From NCBI GenBank assembly GCA_964036045.1, contig OZ038379.1, positions 19,530,001 to 19,594,000 of the forward strand: 64,000 bases of DNA, given 5' to 3'. A program made the translations under genes and the position numbers. This document shows, one piece after another, positions 36,131 through 49,300 of this stretch (within the stretch, counting starts at the first letter, position 1; every line of letters starts with the position of its first letter). Origin of the DNA: Eutreptiella sp. 'Long Island Sound 2002'. Taxonomy: Eukaryota > Protista > Euglenida. The notes beneath the pieces are model-generated. The model was not told the origin of the DNA and did not search any database. It worked only from the letters and a program-made list of their open reading frames with translations.

Positions 36131-39100
36131 ACATGTGCATCAGGGCCTAGTGGGAAACCACCGTTTAGCCGTGGGCCAAATAGTGGAACCACAAAACTGT
36201 AGCTTTCACTTGTGTTTCATTTTGAGGTTTGGGTCACCTCTAAGTGCCACACAGCTTGAGCAGTCCGGGCAATCTGGTTGGGAGGGGCTCTAAAAAAGCA
36301 AGTTTGTCCTGTGCCACGGCCTTTTGTGTGCCCTACTTTTGTTGATCGAGGTCATTTGTGAGAGGTTTGTTTTGGTTTGGTAGCAGCGTATGGTTTGCCC
36401 CCCCCCCCCCCCCCGCCATACGGAGACGTCCGGTGTGCAAGTTACAGGGAATAGGCACTCGTCAACACAATAAAATCCTCCCCTCCCCCACTCTCTTGTG
36501 AGAGGGGCACGCGGACCTGTTTGCACATGAGTCTTGATGGGGGCCCTAGTCCTTCCAACCTGCGCCCCTACGGGGCCACGGCTCCGTGCCGCATGTGCAG
36601 GTCATATCCACCAAGGGCCCTACGCACTCCACACAAGGCTATCAAAGATTTTGGAAAGCTGCTCTCTGGAGCACATGAGAGAAAGGCATGAGCACCAAGC
36701 AACAACCATTTGAAATCCAACCTTATAGGGGCACAAGTACACCAGCCTTCTTTCAACTGTGTTTGTCCAAGTTGGTTGTGAGATGATGGGCATGAAAATT
36801 GGATGTTTTGAGGCAAGATGTGGCAATGGCACAAAGCCTAATCTTGGATGCAGCTGCTGCATGAGGTGCCTACGCATTAGGATGTAGGCCACCATGTAAA
36901 GGCATATGCATGCATTGTGTTTCCTAATCCATTTGCCAAACATTGCTGCATATGCATACCAAGACGTGCATGTGTGGAGCGCTCTTTGACCTGCATGCGG
37001 CCCCCCCGTGCCTGCGTTGGCACGGCTTGTCAAGCACGGCTATGTGGCCTGAGAGACTGAGAGAAGCGTGACACTAGGGGGGGCTTTGGAGGCGTTGAGA
37101 GAGACCCTTCTCGTCTCTTGGGGAACGTCTGCTATGCACCCGCCATGTGTGTTCCAATCAGCACTATGTGACAAACGGCTCGTACACTTGCTCATTGTTC
37201 ATGGCTTGGCCGTGTTTTGAGACTTGATTGGCACCAGCCCTTGGCATTCAATTGCTTGGAGCACGCACTGTACGCTCTGCTGTCTCCATAGGCGACCCTG
37301 CTTGTTTGCACTGCTGCGATGATAGAAGACTCGGGTACTAGCTTGAACTCAAGACAATGACACCTGTTGTTGAGCTACAGACCAAGGGATACCATGCACA
37401 ATGCAGCCCTCAAAGCACTTAGGGTAACATTCGGTAACAGCTCAGCAACACAGCACCTCAGGGGGCAACAACCAAGCAAAACAGTAGGGCTAGGTAAATT
37501 ATCTAAATAAAGAAGATGCAGGGTGTGTGCACAATGTGCTCTCCCCATGCACCTCTCTCTCTTTGCTGACCCATCTCCAGACGCTAACACTCAGCCCTCC
37601 TTGACCAAGGTCTCCAGCCTGCACACTACTGTGTCCCCTGCCCACCATGTTTGGCGTCTTTTAGCTCTAAGTTACCCAATGGAGGTTGTTAGCATGTCGT
37701 TGTTGGCGCCACTATCCTTTTAGACCAACCCTGCAATTGGTTTTTTCTCTTTCTGGCACACTGGATCTCAAGTCAGCTCTCGAGCAACAGCCCAGGTCAA
37801 AGAGTAGCATGGAGTACAAACCAAGGGGGAGTGTCTGCCCTGCGCGCTAACGCTCCCTCCAAGGTTCCACACAGTAAGTGTGCCCCGGACCCAACTGGCG
37901 GATGTCCTCTATTCATTACAGGCTTGGCCGACCCCTTACAAAAAAATGCCATAACAAACGGCATCGATTATGAAAGCTCATCTGTGACTTTTGTGTTTTG
38001 CAGTACAAATGATGTTATTCTGCCCCTCCATTGCTGCTGGTTGTGCTTGCTCCATGGTGCCCCTGGTGTGCTCCTTTTTTGTGCTGGCTCCATGTCCCAG
38101 CCAGCAGCAGTAATCATCCATGTCAGAGTTGGGGGGCTGGTCTAGCTTCACAGTTTGTATACGCCAGAACCATGACTTCGAGGTAATAAATGCACTTTTT
38201 GGGGACCCTTGGCCCCAAAAAGGTGCCTAGCCTGTGTGATGAGTGTGTATGTTATCTGCACACTTGACCCCAACCAACACGAACAAGCAACATGCAAACG
38301 GCCCCAAATACCCAACAGTGACAGGCATGAAATCCAAGTAATTGGTTTGCAGATTCCGTCCTATGAAAATGCCTTGTAGAGGGGGAAGAAGAGCAAAAGA
38401 GGTACAGTCATAGTAAGGTCTGCCCCTCCAATGTCACCAAGCAGCTTTGGACGGACAGCTGTTACCTTTGGATCCAGGGAGAGAGGGGCCTGAAGTCCTG
38501 CAACAATGATGTCACTGGAAGGAAGAGACCCATTAATGATACGGATTGCAAGCAGCCCCCCCCCCCCCTTGCGAGAGGACCATTAAAGTTCCAAAAGTTG
38601 CCGGAAACAACACCTAGTACTGCTCTGACAAGGGCGTTGTTTGTGCGCGCTGCGAGAAAACACAACAGGGGACTGTTGCGTCATGAATGTACTAGTCGTC
38701 AGGTGATCCCCCAATCTCCACCTTCAAAGGACAAGAAGGGGTGAAAATGGGCGGCAGGGCAGCAAACCAATATCCCTAAAATACCATTCCCAGCCTCAAA
38801 TCACCGAAACCACGTGATCTTCATGGATCACCAGAAAATGGAACCGCCAAATTCCAAGGTTCTAAAAGTTGCGGGAACAACACCCACCATTGCTCTGACA
38901 AGGGTGTTGCTCTTGCAAAAGGGGGAGGTATGCCAACAACAATTACGAACCTGCTCCAGCAGCAGCCACAGCACCAGTGCATCTCCCCCACAACACATCA
39001 GCAGGTTCCTCCCTTTTCCACAAGCACGGGGCAACGTCAAGAAAACAACAGCCAGAAGGGACTCCTGTGGTAGACAATGACGTGCTTGTGCAGAACACGC

Positions 39101-39548
39101 ATCTGGCCACAAACCCAATCCCCATGGTGAGCCGGGGTTCAGGCTTGGGCAAAGCCGTGCTTGTGCAATAGCGAGGGAGCGCGCCCTTACACTCAATTTC
39201 ACATGGACCACTGCTGATATTGATATTGCACAGCGTATGGACGGTTTTGTCACACCTTAGTGTGCTGGCCTGTCCCCTATAAAAGATCACATGCCCTACA
39301 TATCGGGCGTAGCCCAGATAACGGTGGGGGATTTGTGCGCAAAACCCCCTTTGTTGACGCCACTGAACGCAGCATACTGTGCATCGCTCTCCCGACTGCC
39401 AATATCCTGTGCCTTGAGGGAGTACCTACGCGCGCACCGTGCTGGGACGTGGACCACAAACGGGGCCCAAAGGTCTCCCCTGCCGGACTCTGACATTCTG
39501 TCAACAACACCCAGGGGGTGGTGGTCTTCTACCCTCGAGCAGCAGCCA

Positions 39549-39826
39549 GAGGGTTGTCAAGGGTTATGGAGCCCTTCCCCCGCATCGACAACACCGAAAG
39601 TATGTGCAGGACATGGCCAGGCCTCCTCAGAGTTGCACAAGGATGACGGACAGGAGCCCTGATGGGGCGGTGAGGGCCCCATGCACACACGGGTGCTGCG
39701 GATGGGGGTATGAGGGCTTGGACACACTGACCCAAGGGACTGAGCTCCAGAATGTGTATTCCTTCCTTCACCCCTTCTCCCACGGAGTTGTACAAGGGGG
39801 GGCTCTCGAGCTGCCATGAAAATGGA
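39549..39826 (-). repeat. R2 repeat of about 285 bp, copy 2
   Basis: Inverted copy of 30461-30745. Confidence 0.92.
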
Positions 39827-42800
39827 CACACCCAAACCTTCCTCATTCGCTGTGCGTTGCCATTTGCCCAACTTGACTGCAAGTTCTCTCCTCCAAAGGG
39901 GGCAGAGAAAGGGGGTGGGGGGCTCACTTCGAAATGGTTATCGGGCCATGGGCAGTCGCAAGAAAGGCACTGAGAACTTTTTTGGAAGGGGTGTCCCCGG
40001 AGACACCGCAAGGGATCGAAAATTCACCCGATCCAAAACCCCTGCCGTGTCTTTGTGCGGTGGTATCTTCCTTTCCTCGCCCGGCTGTTGCACATGTCTT
40101 GTTCGTGTCGTGCTATCCGCCCCCCTCCGCGTTACAAGAACATGTGCGTGTTCTGATTTATTTGCGTGTTCTTATTTTTTTTGTGTTCTTGTTTGAAAGA
40201 CCCCCCTGTGCAGTGTTCACAGCCCTCCTTGTTTGCAGATATATGGCAGAGGTGAAGGTTCATTCCCCCTCCTTTTGGTTTGATGACAGTGACAGTGACA
40301 CTGTGCATGTTGTTCAACCGTGGGAAACGAGCACGTCATAGTGTTGGAAAAGTGGAGCGTTCTATCCCCACGATTCACATCAAACGGCGGGCACTTGCGA
40401 TGATTCAGGCAGGCCAAAAATGACAAATTGCTGGTATGCCAGCAGGGGCTGATAGGTGCAGAAATTGGGACCCTGGCACCTGTGGCTTGCATCAGACGAA
40501 AAATTAAAAATTGCTGGTATACCAGCAGGGGCCAGTAGGTGCAGAAATTGTGACCCTAGGACCTTAGGGCTGGCTGCGTGTTCTTATTTTGGACTAACTA
40601 ATAAGAAGATTCATGCGTGTTCTTATTTTGACTACGTGTTCTTGTGTGTGTGGGGGGGTTTACTGGCCGCGTGTAAGCACGGCATCGTCTAAGTACATGA
40701 TCCGCATGTGACGTCTGTTTGCTTTGGCTGTGCTCGGGCAAGGGGGCGGGGGTGGGCTTATATGCATATCCCTTTTGCACTCTGGCTTTTTGCAGCCCCT
40801 GTAGTCGCCTTAGCCGGAGCCGATGTTGCCCGTCAAACAAATGGAAATTTCACGCAGACTGTTGTCTTGAGCAAAGGCCAGTCTTCCTTGATGGGCATGG
40901 CCCAACACCTCTTTCCTGCTACAACTGGCCATGTCATCCCAGATCTGAGTGAGACTGGGGAAAGAAAAGGGATGTCGACGCGCGTGAAATCTGAGCAATG
41001 GCCCACTGCCGGCGCGCTGGGTCAAAGCCTGGGCCGTTCATGTTCTACGTGGCAATGCAGAACCCTGCACGAACACATTGATGCAGGTTGATGCAGGGTC
41101 ACAGGAAAATCTCTGCAGTGGCTCAGAGCACGACCCGACAGTGTTTCTCACAGAGTGGTGCTGCGCGACGTGCTTCCATTCTTGCGCCCAAAGAAATACC
41201 TGGCAGAGACATTCGTTGTGGTTGAGTATGCCATGTTCAGCGACCGAAATCCGTTTAGGGGCTGGGGCTTCTGTGCAAAGGAAGTGACTCAGTGGTCGAA
41301 CACAGTGGTCTGCCACCTCTTTCCCAGAGGGCGCACGGTGCGGGGGGTTTGGATGATTATGTTACATAGGGGGCGTTTTTGCACAGCGCGCGCACAGCGC
41401 CAATTATTACGGTGATTATCCAGGTAACAACCCTGAAAACCACCCACCTGCGGAATCATGCACAATCAATTCAAAACTCAAAAATTCAAACATCTGATGC
41501 TTGCCATGGGTCCCAGGGACCTAAATTCTGCCCCCTATAGCCCCGTCCACTGCAGCACCCATTCAATCACGTCCTTTCAATCTTCTGAACTTACCGAACT
41601 CCCGGTGATGGAGAACAGCCAACTTTTTGCACAGCGCGCGCACAGCGCGTGCACAGCGCACGGTACGCCCCCATATACCCAGCACGGAACCTGCAAGAGA
41701 GGCCCTGGAAAGCAGCAGACCCCACACGAAACATCACACCAAAGAGGTCGGCTGCATCCTTCCAATAGGCTAAAATGTTACTCAATGCCCCCCCGCCCCC
41801 CCCCCCCATTGAGGTAAGTGGCGTGACACAAACATCTACGAGAAAAGAGGGGGTTGGTCAAGAAAGGGGTAAAGGCACACCGCATTGTACCGTGCTAAAA
41901 CTGGTCCAGGAGGACGTTGGTATCAATTCTGTTCCCTCACGTACTCGAAAATAGAGTGGCTTGCCACACCCTTCCTCACTTGCATCACCTTTGTCAACCA
42001 GCCAAACCCCCCCAAAAGTCTAATAGCAATAAGAAAACGAGGACCGAGTGCATTCATCCGCATTGCAACTCCGCTAAAGTTCCCCGACATCCTCATTCAA
42101 CAGCTTTGCACATGCGCACGGTGTGGCCCATCTCAGCAAAGAGCAACAACGTGACCCGGGAACAGTATTTTACAGATAAATCGCCGGAGAGGATGCCAGG
42201 CCGAGAAAAAGTGAAGGTTTGCAGGAAAGCAGGAGCGCATTCCGAAAAGGGAGCCGGCCGTGTCCGTCACGCAACCCGTAACCGCACATTTCCAAAACGC
42301 CCATCCAAAGTGTCCGGACCCAGAGCAAGAGCTTCAGGAAAATTGGGGTGGGGATTGGGGCCGGGCGTCGAGTAAACCGACGGACATTCCCGTGGAAAAT
42401 GAAGTGGCGAAGAGATGAGTGACAGCAAACTCCACAACGACAGCTCAAAGACGCCCCGGGTGGGGTCAGGGATCGGTCTAGCGTCGCGCGATGATTGGAC
42501 CTCTATGAAAATCGTTACCTTCGGGTGTGCTCTGTTTATAAGGTCAAGGCTCAGGGATGGCTGGCTCAGGAATAATGGGCTCAGCCAGAGAACACCCTTC
42601 AAGCCGCGGTGCTCAAACAGGTGTAGGAATACGATACGTATGAGGGACGCAGGCGCCGCGCCCCCGCAGTGGGGGGCACTGCACCTGCCGCGGGGGGTGC
42701 CTCTGGCCCCCGCCAGGCCTATGGACAGGAGCTGTCAGCACAGACCTTCCCTGTACGAAGCTGTGCCCAAGTGCGTTTGTGCGACTTGGGTTGCTGGAGG

Positions 42801-42844
42801 CACTGGTGCACTGCCATCCTGATCCCTCTTTGGCGCGCAGGCAC

Positions 42845-43110
42845 TCCTACCTCCACCGGTCCACCCCTACCTCTACCTTTGGCTCCATTTCCACCTCCAC
42901 CTCCACCTCCACCTCCACCTCCACATCCAACCCTGCCTCTATCTTCACCACTACCTCCTGATTCAGTCCTACCTCTGCCCGTACCTCCACCTCTCCGTCT
43001 ACCTCCTGCTGCACCCCTACCCCTACCCCTACCCCTACCTTAACCTCTATCCGGTCTTATACCCCTACCCCGACCCCTACCTCCGCTACTTCTACCCCAA
43101 CCTCTACCAC
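42845..43110. repeat. Degenerate hexamer repeat (CCYCYA)n downstream of the gene 2 stop
   Basis: Runs of CCTCCA, CCTCTA and CCCCTA. Confidence 0.85.
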
Positions 43111-43343
43111 TTCGCTGGAAACAAGCTGAGCGCGTGCCCAAGCCCCATTACGGCGGCTCCTGAAGGCATGGATTACGGGCGCCTGGCCTCAGCTCTCCCC
43201 TCTCCCGCCGCACATCGCTTACCACACCAGCTCTTGTCCCCTACAACACGGTCCTTGCCGCCACCCACCGTAATCCGAGAAACCCCTCCGAGGCAAAGCC
43301 GGCGCCAGCACGTCCTCATTGTCCGCAGCACCGACTGTATCGC

Positions 43344-46300
43344 CTACTCGTACACATCGGCAATGTACTCGATCTTGGCCCCCAATGCCCGAGCCTGGGC
43401 TTGCACGATGGTCACGCCACCGACTGCAAAGCAGAAGAGATTGACGGTGTCAATTCCGTAGCCCTTGGCCTTTTTGAAGAGCGGCAGGTAGTCAACTGAG
43501 TCGCAGCCGACAAAGTAGTAGCGCACGCGGCTGCCGTACTTAATGAACAGCTCCAGGATGTCCGCGATCATGTAGGTGTCCAGGCAGTCCGGGGCCGGCA
43601 GCAGGTGCGTGTACCAGTGTGCTGCGTGCGCCTGCTGGTGTATGGCGGGGTCCACACCGTAAGCGTACAGGGCAATGAGGTCCTGGTGGGAACAAAGGGG
43701 GGCTGAGAAACTGCGGTGTGTTACAACCCTCCCAAACTGGAGATTTTTGTGGGCCATTTCAGGAAGCTGTGCAAGGGAATCCCATCCTAATCCCATCCCT
43801 ACCCCGGAGACCGTGTGGACTGAGTGTCAGGTACGCACAGCAAAGCGCGATGTGCATCTGTCGGCAATTCCAGATGGCGTTGTGCAACTGCGGCTTTTGT
43901 TTTAGACAGAACGCACAAGATCTGTGATCGAATGTTCACACTAGAACAAACACACGTCAACACTTCAAACACTGCTTTGTGTCGTGGGTCAAGAAAATAC
44001 AGCCAATTGGGGCACAACATCGGGCGAATCGGGGGCATCTGCCCCCACTTTGGGGAGGCTTGAAATCGGAAGTTGTCACCATTGAGCCCAAAATGGGCCA
44101 GTTCCAGAGTGCGCTGTCATAAATGTCAGGTGCTGCCCTACTTCGGCGCCAAACTACTACGCATGCTGACTGTACCTTAGACAAGGGCAAGCACCAGACA
44201 AAGAGGGGGGTAGGTGTACCACAAAGGCTGGTTGGGCACTGTATAGGACAGCCGGCGTCCAGTGCAATGTCTTTGGTGTGCCCTATTTGTTGGTGGATGA
44301 CAGCTCTTAAGGGGTACGTGTGGGGTGCCCAGGGGGTTGTACTCTTGTGGGCGAGAGTGGGATGTGCGTCCCACGGCTCACAGGCCGCTTGTTTTCTTGG
44401 GCCCCTTGTTTTCGAGTGCAGCACGGGGTTAAGAACATTTCTCCCCTTGAGTGGTGTGTATGTGTGTGTGCGTGCGCGCGCGCGTGTGTGAATCGTGCAT
44501 GAGCGCAACGAATCTCTGTGCAATCTCATCTGACTGTCCATGGCGCACTGGACTCGGGACACGGAGTTCGGCTGCTCACTGTCCCTTGACCTGTGTTTGG
44601 AGGGGGTTCAACGAAAGTTCGATACCATATAATACAACTGGTATCTGGTGCTGTGTCTTTGCTGTGACATGTCCGACTGCTCCCCGTGGCAGCATCACTG
44701 CCCCAGCCTGCGTCAGCCATTGCCAACACCCTGCAGTTCGCAGGGTGCTTTCCACCACAAACGGTGTGGGAACTGTAACACAGGGCAAGGGAGTTCTGGA
44801 TCACCAAGTGCTGCACATCAGTGGTGTGCTTCCATGCATCTTGCCCTCATTGTGCTGGTGGTGTGCAGTCCAACCTCTAGGCTACTGACCCTGTGAAGCA
44901 GGCTCCGGCCGCATGCAGCACACAAGTGGAGGGGGGGGGGGTCATAAAGGCTGCTTGGTCAAGGCGTAGTGTCGAGGACGAGGAGGAGGACAAAGATGAG
45001 TGGGGCAGGATGTACCCATCCATTTTGGTCAAGGGGCGGTCACATGATCCTTCTCCCAACAAGTCCCAACAAAACAACGCTTTACCACGCATCTACTCCG
45101 CCGGGATGTTGCAGTACTAAAATGACATCCCATATGCGCTCCCACCCACCTCCCCCCGCTCACCCATTTCCCGTCGTGCTGCACAGCCGGGCCTCAGGAG
45201 GTGCAATAAAGGGACGTCACAGCCCTGCACGTTGTTCAGTTCACTTGAACGCGCTCTGGTACCAGTCAGCGTGCAGTACTTGCCGGAGTGCTGGTGTTTT
45301 GTTTGCACTTAGACCTCCCTCGCAACTGAATGTGCAATACAAACCCCCTGGACACTGTAGCCGTGGCACCCTCCTTGTTAGAGCCCATTGCTTGTGCAAT
45401 GCAAGCCTCACAGATCTTCGAGTGGGATGTCCTCCTCATAATGATCATCTGGCCACTCCGATCTTTGGATTTGAGATTCTGACTGACAGTTGTTTTTGCG
45501 TACCGCAACATGCCATGCACTCACGGGAGGGTGTGCCACGGAGGCTGAGTAAGTATGCCGGTTGGTACTTCCAAGTGTACGTACTTGCTCATCTTTTGAG
45601 GGGGGGAATCCTCCACGCGTCCATACGTGGGTTGGTTGTCCACCCATTCAAGTCCAACACCACAATATGCGCCGGCAAAGGGGCAAAATGATAGGCGCCA
45701 GCCCCCAAAGTCATGATGCCAGCGGATGGGGCAGTTCCAAACTGGGGCCCCCGTCACGGTGGCATCATGAGCGTGCGCCCATCCTCTCGCACTTTTGCAC
45801 CCCCCTTCATGCGTGTGTCCATCACATGTGGTGCTTGGGTGCCAAGACTCTCTTCCGGGTCCAGTGTACACACAGCCCTCACTCCTGGAGGCACATGGCT
45901 GTGGCGCATCGTTATAGGGCTTCTGCCCCCCTCCGCAGGACGTGCCCTCACTCAACGCATCCCTTGCCCCTTTCCTTTCATCCCCCTCCCCCCCCACACA
46001 CACATGAGGATGGCAGCCATGCTTCGTTCTGGATGTGGGGGGGGCAGCTGTCTGACCTTGAATGAGCACCTTCTGGAGGGTGCAACACGCGGAACGCCGT
46101 GTGCCACAGCCCCGTCCCTCCGAGTGGACCGGTTCCTGGCAACCTCTGCCGGGCCGGCAATGCGGTCCCACCCCCAGACTGTGAGGGTCGGAGGGGGAGG
46201 GGCTCACGGGCATTGGGCCGCAAGCCGCGAGTCGGGGGAGTTGGAAGGGGGGAATATCGGAAAGGTGAGAGTGGGTGGGCAGGGAGGGGGAGGGGGGCAC

Positions 46301-49300
46301 GGAAAGGGGTCCCATTGCAGCCCCATGGGCCGTTGGTATGCCCTGAGGATCACGTGGGGTGCCCTGTTCCACGCAGCCCCAGCCTCAGCCCAGTGGCGGC
46401 ACAGCCGCACCTGCTCAGGGTCCACCTCCTCCGGGAGGCCCAACTGATCACGCAGCGCCACAAAATCTATGACAGGGGCGACGCGGGCGTGGCCCTCACT
46501 GAACTGACCCACGAACACGACGGTCTTGTCGGCGCTGACGGTGGGGTCCGCAACTTTTTGGAGCCACACTTCCCTGCAACGTAGCCACGGGGGCAGGGGG
46601 CGACGGCAGGGCTGCGCTTGAGGCGGAGGGGGCCTCCCGGGGGTCTTCACGAGCGATTACAGAGGCGGTTACTGGCGGTTGACGCGCAAGCTCTGGCGGT
46701 TACACAACGCCCGGAGGGCAATTGGGGCTGGACGGGAGCGATTGGAGCAGGATTGATTCACAGTACCGAAGGGCGACCCCCCCCTCACCCCCTTTGACTG
46801 CAGCCCTGGGCAACGGTGCACCCATCTCTGGTACATCCCCGTTTCTTTGCCTCATGGCCGTGCTGGCGGTTGATTCCACTGCTGCCCACCCTCCATACTC
46901 AGTGAGCCCCAGGCCCAACGAGCGTTCACGCTGAGTCGGCCATCTTCTGTTCTGCTGTGCGTCTCCAAACACCATCAGACACACCAACCCACCCACAAAC
47001 ACACTCGACTAGACATTCCATGGAGACTGCGCCACCTGCCATCGGCGAAGTGCCCAACACCTTCCGCAAAATGGTACCCGGGGTGCAATACGTCACTCTT
47101 GTGCCATATGTTGTCATAAATGTGACGCCTCATCCTCTACTCAATGCCCACCAGCACCATCGTGGGTGTTGCCGAGGCCTGTCGCTGCTGTGGCATCTAT
47201 GGTGAAGTCTGGGGGGTGCTCTCTACCACACCCGATGTGGGAACTGGGAAGGGGGGAGGGGGTTGAACCACAAAGGTGGAGTGGGTGTGCTGTTTGGGAC
47301 GTTGGGGTAGGGAGGTGCATGTGCACGTGCACTGCGCATGATGCAGTCAACGCATGATGAGCATCATCAATGCATAATGCAGCGCATGTACATGGGTTGC
47401 ACAATGATCACAATTACCATATTTTTTTGGAGGGGTTTGCATTCATTTTTTTTTGGGGGGGGTATAAAGGAGAAAGCAACCAACCCGGTATGCACACTGA
47501 ACAAATCATGTGTGTTCTCAAATGCACACGACTGAAAGATATAGTCAGTGCGGACCAGCCTCCGAAAACATGACCCCCGCTGGAACATCGCTGCACTCGG
47601 AGGCACACAACCGACATCAAGTACTTTTCGTTTCGTTTCTGTTGGGTGGTGGCGCTGTTTTGGGCGGGGGGTCCCTGGGGGCGCCATGGCTGTTGGGCAT
47701 CCCTGATCTGCGCCAAGTCGCTCATTAACACGCCACAGCCACACTCCCTTCCCTGCCTCCTGCCCTCGTACGTCGCTCCTGCACACCACTCGAGCTCCGC
47801 GATGGACGGGTCATCCGTCAACCGATGCAACAGCGCCTCCTTCTGCTTGAGCTCCCCCAATGACTCCTCCAACGTGGCGTTTTCAGTCTGCAGCCGCTTG
47901 GCATCGTCCTCCAACTGCCGCAACTTGTTGAGAGCCTGACACAGTGCCTGAGAGCCACATGAGACGCTGACAGGGCCTCCGCATCGGACAACGGAGGATG
48001 TGAAATGCCCTGACCCAAAGGGGGGGGGGGGCTAAAGCCAGCGAAGACCTCTGGCTCCTTCGGGACTTCGGGGACGAAGACTCAAAATGTTCTTTTCTCG
48101 CGCGCAGTGCCTCCTGTCGGCAGTTGGGCTGGCCGCGGTGCAGGTGCGACGCGGCTGCGCCAGGGGGCTTGAGAGTGGGGTCCGGCGGTTTGGCTGCTCC
48201 GCTCTGTATCGCGGACCATATCCCCCCCCCCCCCCCTGTGTGACGTTCCGTCTGGTTGTTGTTCCTTTACGGGGCCCTGGACGGTCACCCGTTCTTTCCT
48301 TCGCATGTTGCGTTGGGTCGCTGCTTTCTGTCGGCCGCTGCGGCCGGTGCTCTTGCTGGTGTCGTTTCTGCGTTCGCGGAGCCCAGTGGTTGGTGTGTTG
48401 GGGCTGTGCTGAATGTAGCATGGTGTGCCGTTTGCGTGTTAGCGGCGCCCAGTAGTTGGCATATTGAGGATGTGCTGGTTGTTGCCGGGGTCGTTTGACT
48501 GTGTTTGCTGTCCACACGCCTCTGTCCACAGGCCGTCCATAGCCTGCCTCGCTGTGTTTCTGTGTGCGTTAGGCCCAGGTGCCCTGTTCCTCCACGCGCT
48601 GTCCCGGCCGTCCACCATATGTCCTTTTCCCCCTCACAGCTGGTCTGCCCCTGATGGGCTCCCGCTCCTGTTGCGCAAACAGCCCATCTGGGCTGCGGGA
48701 GACACCCCCCACCTGATGCCGGTTGAGCAGGGGTTGCCCTGGCACCCGGTAGCGATGGGGCTGGCTGGCCAGGCCATCCCCTTTGTTGTCGCTGCCTCCC
48801 ATGCGCACGCTCTCCCATCCCCTCCATTCTGGTTCCCTGTTCCCGCTGTTCTGGTTGCCTCTCCTGCCTTGCTGTGCCCCTCCTCCTTGTCTGCTGTGCT
48901 TGCCCTTGTCCCTCCTGGTGTGGCTCCCGCGTTCTGTGTGTCTGTGTTGCTCCTCCCCCTGTCTGTTGGCGCTCCTGGGTGCCCCTTTCGCGCACCCACT
49001 CCTGTCCCACCGCCTGCCCCCCCCGTACGAGGATTTCACATCCCTGTACGACGTGGACTGTCCCGTGCGCGGTTGGCTGGTCACGGCCCTGTTGCCAACC
49101 CCGTGGTGGGCACCTCCCGGCGCGCGGGGCGCAGCCCCCGCCCTTGTGGAGTATGTGGGCACCTTGTAGAGGGAGGGGGGGTGTTTGCTGATGGATCGCT
49201 CGGTGTGCGCCACATTTGTGGTTGCTGCAGTGCTTGCACCTCATGGTTCCCTTGTGTATTGTTGTGTGTCCTGTTGGGGCTCGTCTCACTGCCGTGTGTG

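Noticed and set aside
26870-40640. One 13.8-kb element bounded by inverted AAAATAAGAAC arrays
   Set aside because: The span contains three phase-consistent host exons and no TIR or TSD was found; independent fragments are more likely.
40840-41320. pogo/DDE_1 transposase remnant
   Set aside because: Protein-like but lacks a recognisable QPxD or catalytic pattern; cannot be supported by eye.
42845-43110. Interstitial telomere
   Set aside because: Units are CCTCCA, CCTCTA and CCCCTA rather than CCCTAA; no run of canonical telomeric repeats.
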